This document shows positions 53,901 to 63,206 of a stretch of DNA of 64,000 nt, piece by piece; position 1 is the first letter of the stretch, and each line of letters begins with the position of its first letter. The stretch spans positions 117,366,001 through 117,430,000 of the forward strand of contig NC_043002.1 of assembly GCF_006345805.1 (NCBI RefSeq), in the 5' to 3' direction. The notes under the pieces were generated by a model. The model was not told the DNA's origin. It saw only the letters and a program-made list of their open reading frames with translations, and ran no database searches. The DNA is from Octopus sinensis (taxonomy: Eukaryota). A program made the translations under genes and the position numbers.

Positions 53901-56120
53901 TTCATCATCATTATTTACAATGTTATTTTTTTTATACAAATGTATGTATTTAACAGATTTTTTAATGTGTCTACTCGGTGACTTTTGACATTATTTTGCT
54001 GGTCCTTAGTATGTAGTCCACTCAGTTTATTGTAACATAGTATGCGTACAAATAGGGTTGGGGTATATGTTTTACAACTGAGTATTATTCCAGTGAACAT
54101 GTACTGTATATACTTGACTATAAGACACCCTCGTCTATAAGACGCACCCCTGACTTATAAGGTTCAAATCGGGAATTTTATCATTGACCCGACTATGTCG
54201 CAGTGACTTTTTTGCAGCTCGATTCAAATGTGACTTTGTGTATTCAATGAAAGTGATATTATGCAAATTGCTCTTTCTCTTCATGTTAACAAATAACATA
54301 GCATCAAATTAAAGAAAGACAGGTATGGTACTAAACAAACAACCAATGAACTTCTTTTTTTTTAATTAATTGTGTATTTCATACTAACAGAAGTAAAGAA
54401 ATATAAAGATCGTCTTCCATGTACTTCTTGGCTTTGAAATTAGCAATTTAGGTTTTTTTGGTTATTCCAAGTGTGAGAACTTCAGACATGGCTTGTACCT
54501 AGAAAATATTTGAAGATTTTTTTTATAGGATGTGATTATAAGTCGCACCCCCAACTTTAGTTGCAACTTATATCCGACTGTAACTCTAATCATCATCAGA
54601 CATCCGTTTTACCTTACTAGCATGAATTGGATGGTTCTACTCCATCGGTGTCTCACAACGTTTTGCACTCCTTTTCTGTTTATATATTAAGATCATGTAA
54701 AGATCATTTAGAAAGATGGATTGTAAGGTGTTGTCTAATGCAAATTGTTAAACTACTCAAGTAAATAATTTACATTGAAAAGGGAAAATTTTAATAACCT
54801 TTTTTTTTTTTTTACAGCAAGAGAAACGAATTTTCAATAATTTTCATCGTCAGGTATTTTGTTGGACTGATTATTGGTTTGGCATGACTTTAGAGGATAT
54901 ACGATCACTTGAGGAAAAGACGAAGGAAGATTTAGATAAAGTAAGTATAATGTGATGTTTTCTAAAGGCACAAACATCTGATATCATTTCTTGATCTACT
55001 AAAATAGGGATTATATCAGTTTCTGTATTATTTTGAAAAATGTTTTTTTGTTTTTTAAGTTTCATTAAGATAATTTTCATTTTGTTTAAATTTTCAGAGA
55101 GAGAGAAAATAAAGAATGTAAACATTTTAAAAATATCTTATTTTCCACAGTCTTCATTTATTAGAATTATAACCATTTCTCCTTAACTGAAAATATTATC
55201 AGTGAGATGTAGTTTGATATTTTTTATTTTTTTGTTCAAAATTTATCACCAAAGAAAGGGCTATGTTATTTCCAAATTGGCAGTATTTGTTGTTTATATT
55301 GAATATTTATAAATCCTCTCATTTATTTAGAATGGAATGAGAGAGAGAGAGAGAGATTTTCATGGGTCTGTTTTTCTATGCTGAGTTTGACAGAGTCCCC
55401 ACAGTCCTTTATTATCTGACATACCAACTGACTACTGCTGCAGCTATTGCTTTTTTTGTGTGTGTGTGAGACATGATTTTTGATGGTTTGATACCCTTGT
55501 TATTCCCAACTACTTTTCAGCATGAACAGGGGATACATTTTATCATGTAACTGATATGAGACAGGGTGTCTGCTGCCAGGATCAACATATCCCTTCCATA
55601 TCAGTTTGCATTCAGAGATAAATTGCCACTTCAGCAGCTTGTGGACTCCATATAATCATTGTACTTTTGAGACAGATTCCTTTTTGTGTATGTTTGGGTT
55701 GCTTAATTTCTTAGATGGGTCACCTTCACTACAGCTAGCAACCATGTCTCTATGATGGTTGATGAAATTTAGTTACCAAGGAAGCTTGCAAATGGTACTC
55801 CAAAATGGCCTGGCAAAAAGTTGTCACTGTTATGAAGATAAGGAGAGGGACCTTAGTATGTTAGCCACCATTTTAACTGCCTTTAAAGAGAGAGAGAGAG
55901 AGAGTGTACCAGAGAAGTTTGTAATAGATAAGTTGTAAATGTAGTGAGTTGTCAAGATTGGTGGCAGGTGTTTTGGCGAGGAGCCTTCCACATATATTTC
56001 AGCCACTGTCATGAATTTTTTTTACACATTTTACTATCTTGATTATTGTTTATTAACATTTTAAAATTTTGTTTTTGTTTTCAGCAACGGTGTTTAGGCT
56101 CTGTCCGGGGAACTACATAA
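3217..56120 (+). CDS. PITPNA/PITPNB: Class I phosphatidylinositol transfer protein, 5'-partial; join(3217-3247,34580-34767,35266-35365,45480-45557,47798-47881,51732-51809,53517-53612,54818-54940,56085-56120)
   Basis: Nine AG/GT-bounded exons splice in frame to [42 protein letters not shown]...[15 protein letters not shown]...[16 protein letters not shown]...[10 protein letters not shown]...MTCYKLV...[12 protein letters not shown]...[11 protein letters not shown]. Hallmark PITP motifs are present and there is no RdgB-type C-terminal extension. It is probably co-orthologous to both vertebrate paralogs. Confidence 0.96.
3381..5058 (+). mobile_element. 5'-truncated decayed RTE-clade LINE
   Basis: RT pieces [20 protein letters not shown] and LHGSETWAV. 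The 3' tail reads aacccatgccagcatggaaaac...aatgatgat. Confidence 0.9.
7297..8470 (-). mobile_element. Mariner (DD34D, irritans-like) transposon relic, one TIR retained
   Basis: TA + TIR CGAGGGGCGTTCAATAAGTAATGC at 7297. The transposase runs about 8418 to 7370 ([29 protein letters not shown]) with two frameshifts. The second TIR was not found. Confidence 0.92.
8626..9075. repeat. Near-perfect 450-bp palindrome (2-nt loop at 8852-8853) between TA microsatellites
   Basis: Arms of about 225 bp with roughly 7 differences by eye. The inner about 110 bp are perfectly complementary. Confidence 0.95.
9070..9692. repeat. Compound (TA)n/(TG)n microsatellite
   Basis: Direct reading. Similar tracts lie at about 8480-8595, 10375-10530, 11250-11760, 17000-17250, 28530-28595, 29118-29178, 37555-37606 and 63700-63950. 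Confidence 0.95.
9693..10090 (-). mobile_element. RTE LINE 3' UTR fragment
   Basis: (CAT)n tail plus cgtccgttttccatgctagcatgggttggacgg and ggatgcccttcctaacgcc, shared with the long RTE copies. Confidence 0.85.
11765..11905 (+). repeat. Solo partial arm of the 8626-9075 palindrome family
   Basis: Near-identical to 8943-9075. Confidence 0.9.
11930..16000 (-). mobile_element. Near-full-length RTE LINE (APE endonuclease + RT), frameshifted
   Basis: APE motif GTLNVGTL...CIQEVRW (15094-15693) and RT motifs [20 protein letters not shown] (13495-13950). C-terminal ORF 12645-13274, then a 3' UTR and (ATG)n tail at about 11930. The 5' boundary is approximate. Confidence 0.95.
12078..12530 (-). repeat. 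61-bp tandem repeat array (about 7.5 units) in RTE 3' UTR
   Basis: Unit starts at 12078, 12141, 12202, 12263, 12324, 12385, 12446 and 12507. Units 4-5 and 6-7 form an identical 122-bp dimer. Confidence 0.93.
17304..17441. repeat. Hairpin repeat with about 50-bp arms in TA microsatellite context
   Basis: aaacaattgcagcatggaaggtgtttataagccatttaagaaacacac and its reverse complement, separated by about 35 bp. Confidence 0.9.
19160..20065. mobile_element. Old foldback/MITE-like element (about 200-bp diverged inverted arms)
   Basis: gccaataataaacatgttcactggttcag pairs with ctgaaccagtgtatgcatttattattggc; the inner pair is ctctctactccaagtctgcttca with tgaagcagacctggaagtagagag. Confidence 0.65.
21238..21629 (+). 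repeat. Gypsy 5' LTR (3' end deleted)
   Basis: Collinear with 25644-25979 at about 97-98 percent identity by eye. Confidence 0.9.
21632..22351 (+). pseudogene. Gypsy gag (N-terminus truncated)
   Basis: [18 protein letters not shown] and FFSRLP motifs. The Cys-motif remnant WHHSKY...CTQPC is in a shifted frame. The ORF ends SGN*. Confidence 0.85.
22294..25291 (+). pseudogene. Gypsy pol (protease-RT-RNase H-integrase), one stop and one frameshift
   Basis: VDTS protease site, [14 protein letters not shown] and YVDD. TGA at 23863-23865 in RNase H, frameshift near 23940. Integrase shows Hxxxx[18 protein letters not shown] and VERFHR. Confidence 0.93.
22342..22383 (+). promoter_or_regulatory. Putative -1 programmed ribosomal frameshift signal
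   Basis: G GGA AAC heptamer, 7-nt spacer, then stem-loop GGAAGAGGT...ACCTTCTTCC. The pol ORF is in the -1 frame. Confidence 0.75.
25644..26021 (+). repeat. Gypsy 3' LTR (378 bp; 55-bp internal deletion relative to the 5' LTR)
   Basis: Starts TGTAGTG after the PPT and ends TTACA. Confidence 0.92.
27750..28531 (-). mobile_element. ITm (maT/DD37D-like) transposon relic with internal deletion
   Basis: The minus strand reads [19 protein letters not shown]...[11 protein letters not shown] terminal CAGGGTGTGATGGGTAAATTG lies at about 28511-28531. Confidence 0.75.
28597..28900. repeat. Palindromic repeat family 2 with hammerhead-like motif
   Basis: About 28677-28740 is inverted against about 28771-28840. 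The same family is split across 37607-37737 and 38985-39120. Confidence 0.8.
28940..29205 (+). mobile_element. Penelope-type terminal repeat fragment with hammerhead-like motif and inverted end around (TA)n
   Basis: CTGAAGAAGAGCATTGCTCAAAACGTT motif. ttcttcgttttgggg and ccccaaaacgaagaa flank the microsatellite. Confidence 0.6.
29218..31990 (-). mobile_element. 5'-truncated RTE LINE
   Basis: ORF 30570-31799 (RT with DLEKAFD, YADDL) and ORF 29794-30477, followed by 3' UTR repeats and a (ATG)n tail. Confidence 0.93.
33444..33760 (+). mobile_element. tRNA-derived SINE
   Basis: A-box-like TGGCTGAGTGG and B-box-like GGTTCAGTCCC. The body aagtgtcttctactatagcc...aaagccttgtga is shared with other copies (about 32020-32105 -, 37437-37545 +, 63245-63620 +). 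Confidence 0.8.
34580..34767 (+). CDS. PITPNA/PITPNB: PITP exon 3 (188 nt)
   Basis: Bounded by ttgcag| and |gtaaga. Encodes [25 protein letters not shown]...[11 protein letters not shown]. Confidence 0.96.
35266..35365 (+). CDS. PITPNA/PITPNB: PITP exon 4 (100 nt)
   Basis: Bounded by tctcag| and |gtgagt. Encodes (D)[33 protein letters not shown]. Confidence 0.96.
36035..36825 (-). mobile_element. Mariner relic with internal deletion, same family as 48916-51648
   Basis: [13 protein letters not shown] and a C-terminus collinear with 48975-49310. The segment carrying the first catalytic D is missing. Confidence 0.85.
37826..38950 (+). mobile_element. 5'-truncated Penelope-like element (thumb end + GIY-YIG) with 262-bp inverted terminal arms
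   Basis: The plus strand reads [11 protein letters not shown]...[37 protein letters not shown]. 37826-38087 is the reverse complement of 38647-38908. Confidence 0.9.
39325..39638 (-). mobile_element. tRNA-derived SINE
   Basis: The reverse complement has the head gtgcagacatggctgtgtagtgaagaag and the B-box-like ggttcagtccc. Confidence 0.7.
40009..44080 (+). repeat. About 4.07-kb minisatellite, unit AGAGAAATGTGTGTAAATGA + T(about 8-18), in PITP intron 4
   Basis: Direct reading. Roughly 120 units, estimated from length divided by period and not counted. Edge units are more diverged. Confidence 0.97.
44158..44372. mobile_element. Mariner-type MITE
   Basis: TA|CGAGGATGTACAGAAAAGTTCCTGGCTTTAAG at the left end and CTTAAAGCCAGAAACTTTTCAGCACCCCCTCA at the right. 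Confidence 0.75.
45480..45557 (+). CDS. PITPNA/PITPNB: PITP exon 5 (78 nt)
   Basis: Bounded by ttccag| and |gtgagt. Encodes [26 protein letters not shown]. Confidence 0.93.
47798..47881 (+). CDS. PITPNA/PITPNB: PITP exon 6 (84 nt)
   Basis: Bounded by ttgcag| and |gtaaat. Encodes [28 protein letters not shown], including the IDIA motif. Confidence 0.92.
47975..48480 (+). mobile_element. RTE LINE 3' UTR fragment with about 5 internal repeats
   Basis: Repeated gtgcc(a/g)gtggcac(a/g)taaaaggcacc, plus ttaggaagggcatccagc and a (GAT)n tail. Confidence 0.85.
48916..51648 (-). mobile_element. Full-span mariner (DD34D), interrupted by RTE
   Basis: TIRs TTGGGTCATCCCATAAATAATG at both ends with TA TSDs. 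Motifs [14 protein letters not shown] and [13 protein letters not shown]. About 1.26 kb remain once the RTE is removed. Confidence 0.93.
49947..51416 (-). mobile_element. 5'-truncated RTE LINE inserted in mariner
   Basis: LYADDLAL, a 3' UTR and a (CAT)n tail. The flanks tgaactcat and tgaactgat resemble a TSD. Confidence 0.9.
51732..51809 (+). CDS. PITPNA/PITPNB: PITP exon 7 (78 nt)
   Basis: Bounded by taccag| and |gtaaat. Encodes [26 protein letters not shown]. Confidence 0.96.
51860..53100 (-). mobile_element. Mariner (cecropia/Hsmar1-like) relic, about 1.24 kb
   Basis: TA|TCAGGCTGAGTAAAAATTAAGC at the left and GCTTACTTTTTACTCAAGTTGA|TA at the right. The minus strand shows TCNEK*ILYNN, YDKARPH and LGYEVL...DLSPTDYH. 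Confidence 0.85.
53517..53612 (+). CDS. PITPNA/PITPNB: PITP exon 8 (96 nt)
   Basis: Bounded by poly-T+ag| and |gtaagt. Encodes [32 protein letters not shown]. Confidence 0.95.
54103..54575. mobile_element. Non-autonomous Tc2/pogo-like DNA element fragment
   Basis: Terminal tactgtatatacttgactataagacac and repeated tataag(a/t)cgcaccc motifs. The family assignment is tentative. Confidence 0.45.
54818..54940 (+). CDS. PITPNA/PITPNB: PITP exon 9 (123 nt)
   Basis: Bounded by ttacag| and |gtaagt. Encodes [41 protein letters not shown]. Confidence 0.96.
56085..56120 (+). CDS. PITPNA/PITPNB: PITP terminal coding exon 10 ([11 protein letters not shown])
   Basis: Follows a long pyrimidine tract and ttcag|. 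The xRxxGxVRG tail resembles the PITP C-terminus and ends in TAA at 56118-56120. Confidence 0.85.
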   Translation, partial: QRCLGSVRGTT

Positions 56121-59100
56121 CTGCTCAGAAACTTTTTAGTAACCAATCTAACAACACTATCACTGCTGTGAGCATGTCTTCACTGACACTGTAATTCCAA
56201 GAATCAAAAGACTAGTAATTAATACGAATTATTGTATCTTAAACAGCATCTAAAACCAAAAAAAATATGAGTTAAAAAGCGTATTTGAATATTCTGAGCA
56301 AGTTTTGCTAATAAAGTCTTATATCTTTATTAGGACAATTTATTTTAGCTGAACTTGAAACAAAGTATTCTCATTGTTTTTTTTTTTTCCTAAATTTATT
56401 CAGAAAATATTTTCTTTTAGGTTTTCAAATATCTTTTCAACGATGATGTATCAATAAACGTTTCCTTAGCTATTTGTAATAATCTCTGTATTTCCAAAAA
56501 TTTTCACAGTAGTAAACAAAAGGATCAAAAATTTTTTAAAAATTAGAACTACCATGTCTGTCAGGTTATCTGTAAATGAATGTTTTGGAAAATTTCTAGT
56601 TTAGGTTTTAGAAAAAAATATTTTTTTCCATCAGATTCACTGTTTTTCATGAGCAAGCTGAACCTTAGTTTTTGGAAACATTACAAGTAAAAAAAAAAAG
56701 TTATGTGCCAAATGCTTATGGTAATTAACTTTAAACACTTTCAAGGTTTTATTGAACATTCAGCTTAAATTTGTTTAAGCTTGTTAACTAACTTTTATTT
56801 CTCTGTTTTATTGATTATATTTCTTTTTGCTGCTTGGCTCTTCTAGCATCCAAAAATAAATAATAAAAGAAATTAAAATACCTAAGTAATATAGATTTTT
56901 TTTTTTGTGGGAAGATGAAATCTTTTCAGAAACTTTCTCATTCAAATAGTCAGTGTCCTATATTCTGTAATGTTTGCATATAGTCTTTCTTCACTCACAG
57001 TTAATTAACAGTTGCTGTTAATATATTAGTAATTCTCAAATGCGACTGTCCAGATTGAAGGCTTGTGTTTTAATATACACCCCTCCCCCTCTTCCAATAA
57101 AACGAAAAGCAAAACAAAACTGCATATGTCTTCTTGATCTTTTAATTGAATCTTATTGATTTTTGGTTATAATTTTAAATTGTCTATAGCAAATAAATAA
57201 ACCTGCACCTACCAACTTGTAGTGGTTTAAGGATCATGTAAATTGCCTTCAGATGAAAAAAAACAAACTGAATTAGTAGTAAGAGTTTACACACATTCTG
57301 ATAAATTTTCTTTGTTGCAATGATGGTAATATATAGTTGAAGTTATAGAACTGGGAAGTGGTAGTGTTCATATATTTTCCAAGGGCATTAGAGATGTAAA
57401 TGAATTATATATGTATATAAAAATTAAATGAATGTTTGGAAAGGGCTTTCTCGATCAATGAATTACAAGATTTTTATTTGGCTAACATCAGAAATTACAA
57501 ATTTCTTTGTAGTCAGTCCTTAAAGAAAATTAATTTTTTGTTTTGACAGTGTCAGTCATTTAGTTACTTGAATCAATTCCATGCCTTCATTACCTTATAT
57601 ATAACACCATCTATTTTGTATACATATGTACATGTATTCATGTGTGCCTAGTTATTACAAAGTGAAAATGTGTACTCAAATGAACACACTAATACATTTT
57701 AGCATGTATATCATGTACAGCAAATATGTGCTTGAATGTAATCTCATTTGTATCTATGTTTCAGCATTTCATACATAAGGGACTCTTGTTCCAAAAGTTT
57801 TAATTCCAACTACAACAAATTATATTAATTTGATAATTAGGATGCTACAAAATTAAATAGAATATATTTGTTAATGAAAATAAAACCACTGCTTTGGTGC
57901 ATTGACAGCAACAAGCAAAATAATTTTGTGAAAATAAGCAATTTGTCATTGGGTTTACATTAACGATTGTTGGCTTACTTAAAAGGTTGTTACACTTGGA
58001 AAAGTGCAAATATTTGCCCTTCTCGTTTAGAAACTGAATGTTTACGTTTTTAGATAATTCATCTATTCTTAACAAATGAATGACTGTATTCACTGAAATT
58101 ATAAATTTCACCCATTCGTATCTCCCCATAGTCTTTGAATATACACATACACACAAACACTGGTTTTGCCTAATATATTAAATATGAAAGCAAAAGAAAT
58201 TCATGTCAAACTGTTCTGTTCAAATTTAGCAAATTTTTTCACATAATCCTTTCTATCTCCACATTTATAAAAACCTAGGTGTAAATATGTATTTGAGAAA
58301 ACAGTTATAGTAATAAATAATATTTAGTGATAATCATATATGTGAGTATCTATCAACTTTTAATCATATGGCATAAACATAAGGAGGTTCGACATTCTTC
58401 TCTATCCCAACATACACTTATACATAAACAACTGAGTATGTATCTTACTATTTGTTTTCCTCTATAAAAGATTTTCTTTTTTATAGTAAATGTTCAAGAT
58501 AGCAAACAAATGATTAACTTTATATCAAAAGCTTTGGGATTTTTGAACAATTGAAAACTGAAAATATTGGCAATGATATGTTAATATAGCATATGTAATA
58601 ACATTTTCTTGTTTTGGAGGGGTAATATCTCTCCTGTAGGAATAATTCTTAACTAAACATTTGAATGAAAATTATTTCTTCACTAAGCTTTCATTTTAAG
58701 TGTTCCAAAGTTTCAGAATATTTATGGAATAACTCAATTCTCATTATTTTCTTGTAGTTTTTGAATGGCAATTTGACATTTGGAAACTATTTAAAATCAG
58801 TCTTACCAATAAGTTAAATGGGAATTTTACATTTGAAATAATATTTTTCCTTTAAAAAAATGCTGTTATTATATCAGGTTGTATAATAAAAAAAAATTCT
58901 TTCATACAAGATGTGTAAGATTGGCCAAAATATTATTGCAGTCAATTCATAAACAGTGATTAGTATTTCTGTTGTGTGGAATTTTTGTTGATAGTGATTG
59001 TAAAAATGCAAAATCATCTTCAAAAACATTGCCAACATTTTATTTAGATCTATGGACATAAGGAATAATTTAGAGAGACAAAAAGACAAAAAAATTGAGA

Positions 59101-60049
59101 ATTTAGTTGAAAGTAACTTGTGGTCCCTTCCTTTCCTCTCCTCCCTGTACTACTGCCTTTTGTCAATTTTCTATCATTGTAGCATCTCTATAAACTTTGC
59201 TAAGTATTTTGTCTTTTAACTTCCTTTGTAGACAGTTTTAAAACAAGAATAGAATTGATAAAGACCAAATTGAAAACAATAAAGTCATAATTTGAAAAAA
59301 ATAACCATCAAAAACAAATGGTTTTCTTTGTATTATTAAACAATTTTTTTTTGTTTTGTTTTGTTTTGGCCACAGGTTTACAAAACTAGGTGGCTGCTTT
59401 TGTAGTGACTACTTTATTAACAGACAGTTTACTGTTTGGGAAATCTGTTGAGAGATAATTTATTTTTTATTAGTTACAAAACTCTAAGGAAGCAACATGA
59501 TCAATGGCTTGAACTTCTTTACAAACTAGTATTTAGAGAACCTCTAAATGGTTGCTCTATTTGCTAGAAATAGTAGTCAAATGTATCTCATCACATACAA
59601 GATGCAATGAGGTATAATAAAAAGTAATATATATATAAAAAAAAAAAAGACACCATGAATAATGTACTTCTTGGAAAACACCCTTGATCAGGACTGATTT
59701 GGGCCAAAGTAGAATGTTTTTATGACACAGCAACACTAAAGATAATGTATTTAACCATGAGAGGGCTGAGAGTCTACTACTCTGCCAGTTTATCCAAGTC
59801 CACCCTCCTTCCATCTACTGTAAATTTTGTCTCTTTCCTTTCTTTGAAACTTAATTTTATGGTATCAGATTGACACCATTGTTTACTTATATATAGAGAG
59901 AATCAGTTTGTTCTCTTGTTCAGTCATTAGTTACGATATAATCTTCAGAAAGGAAGAATTTGCTAATTCATTAGCAATATTTTAAAGTCTGTAAATGATT
60001 GTTTTCTTGAAGTGATAATTTTCTCCACAGACAGGATCTCGTAGAAGTG

Positions 60050-60965
60050 GTCCTTTTATGTGATCCTTCTACAGACTTCCTGAATGACACCTGACTTCAT
60101 TATTATGGCTGCTGACTTCAACAGATATGTCAACCTATGCAATGATGGCTTCTGTGACATACATTGAGGCTGTGGGTATGGTTTGAAACACACACACTAA
60201 GAAATCAGCCAGCCACATCATCACAAATCAGATTATATTCTTACGAGGAAAGGGTATAGAAGGGCTCTTGCAAATGCCAAACCCTTTCCTGGTCAGTAAT
60301 GCATTACACAACTTCAGAGCAATGTCGGTAGAAAAACAGAAAATGATACAAAGAAGGAAGATATGGAAACTAGAGGATCCTACAGTTGGGAATAGGTTTA
60401 AAGAAATACTAATTGGTGCATATTACTCAAGGGAGAAAGATTTAGATGCCTGTAGCATAGATGACAGTGGAGAATTTTTATGAAATAACTTCCTTCAGTC
60501 TATGGATGAGACAGCCAAACCAAAAGTAATATGGTGACAGGAATAACATAACTGATAGAGCAATAAAAACTAAGAGACAGGCTTTGGAAATCTGAAAGGA
60601 AGGGGGTAGTGAGGAACATTGTCAAATTGCTAGATGAGCAGCTTGATGCAGAAGGGAAGAATTTCGCACATGTCCTGCAACATGAGGCTTTTGCATAGTG
60701 TTCAAAATTGCAAATGAGAAAACTGGGATATCATATGTATGTAGAATGATGATTGAAGTGTCATTATCAGATGCTGCTGAACATGGAGAATGCATAAGAT
60801 AAAGACAGGATATTTCATTCTGGACCTATAGAGCAGTGTTTCTACCTTTTTACCCTTGCATAACCCTTAAAATATATTACATGTCTAAAGAACCCTTGTA
60901 CAAAAAATTTATATACTTTATCTTTCTCGTATATTTTCATTGTAGTTCACATGGTAAACATCATA

Positions 60966-61014
<49 letters not shown>

Positions 61015-61330
61015 TTATATTTTTTGATAACATAATAGGTTAGGTTGGATGTCTATATTACAAAAACCAAAAATATGTTGTGTAATAGGACGATCACAAA
61101 ATTAGTATTAGCTTATCTCTTTCTTGTGGAACCCCAGTTGAGAAATACTGCTATAGAGTGACCAGCAATTCAAGTTGACAGCAGCATGGTAGATAAAGCA
61201 ATTAAAGACATGAAGAGCAGGAAAGCTGCAGAACCATCAATCATAATTGCAGAGATACAGTCTAATCAAAAAAAAAGTTAATAGGCCTTACTAGCAGACC
61301 TGTACAATGGTCTGGCAGATAATTATTGCA
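60050..61330 (+). mobile_element. Highly decayed RTE LINE fragment (APE end to RT start)
   Basis: MAADFNRYV, RRKIWKLEDP and IKDMKSRKAAEPS resemble segments of the RTE copies at 14053-15300. Confidence 0.7.
60834..61150. mobile_element. hAT-type MITE (317 bp)
   Basis: TIRs CAGTGTTTCT and AGAAATACTG, with a perfect 8-bp TSD CTATAGAG at 60826-60833 and 61151-61158. Confidence 0.85.
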
Positions 61331-61699
61331 GGTAATGCTGTCTGGACTGGAAGACAATACTTTCTCTCAGACATAGATGCAAGCAGCCCAATGCTATTTA
61401 TTCAAAACTCTCCCAAAATAGGAGGACTGTCATAAGGAAATTTAAAATTTGAAAAAATCAACGTTGATACAAGCTGCTGCCACTTCAAATTGAAGTGGCA
61501 GCAACTTCTACAAGATTTCAAATCGGGTATTTTTTTGGAAAATCGATGACCCAATGGCACAACTGAATTCCAGAAAAAAGGTTTATTTCATTGAGATTTC
61601 ATAATTTTTTCTTTCTAATAGACAACAATTGTGACATAAAGCAAACAATTGACAAAGTTGTCTCTGCTGAAAAAGAAGTATATGATACGTGGAACATAA

Positions 61700-62460
61700 A
61701 TAACTGAATGCAGCTTTGCCTTGTGTGTTAAATGGATGATACACGAGTTCTATTTACATATGTTAAGTGATGACAACTGTGATCCATTGTATCAGTGATG
61801 TTCTACTGAAAGAGGTCTTAGTGTTCATATGAAAGTTGGAAATAGGGACATTAAGGTGAATCAACACAATGCTTGATTAGTTAAAAAATAACAAAGCTCA
61901 AATCAATGCTGAATGGTGCATAGCTGTCAAAGTTGTCACATTTTTACTTAAATACCTGTTCCAAGATACAAACCCTTTTACAGTATTGCTAGAAAGAGAA
62001 CAAGAATAAATTCATCTCAATGTCAGTGATGCAAATCAGCAAAATGTGAACATGAAATATGAAAATTGTGGAGAACTGTGATCATCCAGATCATGTTGGA
62101 AACTTCAAATTCTCCCTTCAGCAAAAAAAATCCTCTCACAGAATGCCTTCAGACTAACATACTCAATTAACAAGTAATTTTTTTTTTTATCTGAACAGTG
62201 CAAAAAATGCCCTTTAACAAACTCAGTTAACTAAACAACTTATTTTTATAAAAGAACCCAAAGATCCTGAAGTAGCCTATATTGCAGCTTTCTTGAACAT
62301 CATACATGGCAATCATTAAATAAGGATTAGCAAAGAAACCAGAAGGACTAGCAGAGACCATCTGAAGAGTACACTACTACACATCCACTAAATGGCTATT
62401 GCTTCATTACAGAGCTGGAGCTACAAGTATTGATGATTTGTGTAACCTGCAGAAGTTTTA
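61700..62460 (+). mobile_element. Helitron Rep-helicase relic
   Basis: KAQINAEWCIAVKVVTFLLKYLFQD and WLLLHYRAGATSIDDL resemble the Helitron motifs HINVExC.SVK..KYLFKY and LLLHVRGPTSFEDL. Many stops are present. Confidence 0.6.
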
Positions 62461-62729
62461 ACAGGCCTTCCAAGCAATGAATCTCTTTAAAAATGACCGA
62501 GCATGGCAAATGTGCACAAATCAGTTGGCAGCCACTCAGTCTGCATACTAGCTCAGTAATTTATTGATTGCAGTTCATTTTTCCTCTCCATCTGAGCCTC
62601 TAAAATCTATACAACATGTTTTGCAACAATCTTACTCAGGATTTTCTACATTACAAAACAGAAACAACGTCCATTGAAAATGCAACATTAATGATAATGT
62701 GCATATTGGATAACCTGTTGTTTCAATAT

Positions 62730-62872
62730 GTGCATTCAACAGTTTATTATGATTTTTCAGCTGCAGACCAACAACAAAATGTTTAACAAAAATTCAAAAC
62801 CCTGCAAAAATCTGGTACAAATTCTTCATGGTTCAAAACGTTGCTTATTTTTTATTCAACCTGATAATTGAT
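62730..62872 (-). mobile_element. Mariner 5'-end/TIR fragment related to 51860-53100
   Basis: aaaacgttgcttatttttattcaacctgata matches the 53071-53102 end. Confidence 0.6.
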
Positions 62873-63171
62873 TCGCTGTCTGAGGAGTTTTTAATAAGAG
62901 ATATTTTATAATTTTCTCTTACATGTATAATATTCTAACTCCTATTAGCAAATGGAACATGCGCAATGGTGAATAAATAATACTAAAAATATTTTCCACT
63001 CTACTGTTTTGATGCGTAATTACTCTGCAAATATTATTTTCCAATATTTTTCTACTCTTATACATGCCTCACACAATTATGACATCTACATACAATGTTG
63101 GCATACTGGAATATACAGATGTGCTTCACGAGGACACGACTTCGATTACAACCCTATCTACATACTATATA

Positions 63172-63206
<35 letters not shown>

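Noticed and set aside
60031-60063. Possible alternative last exon (TGSRRSGPFM*) after ttctccacag
   Set aside because: It does not resemble PITP C-termini, abuts a decayed RTE and has no transcript support.
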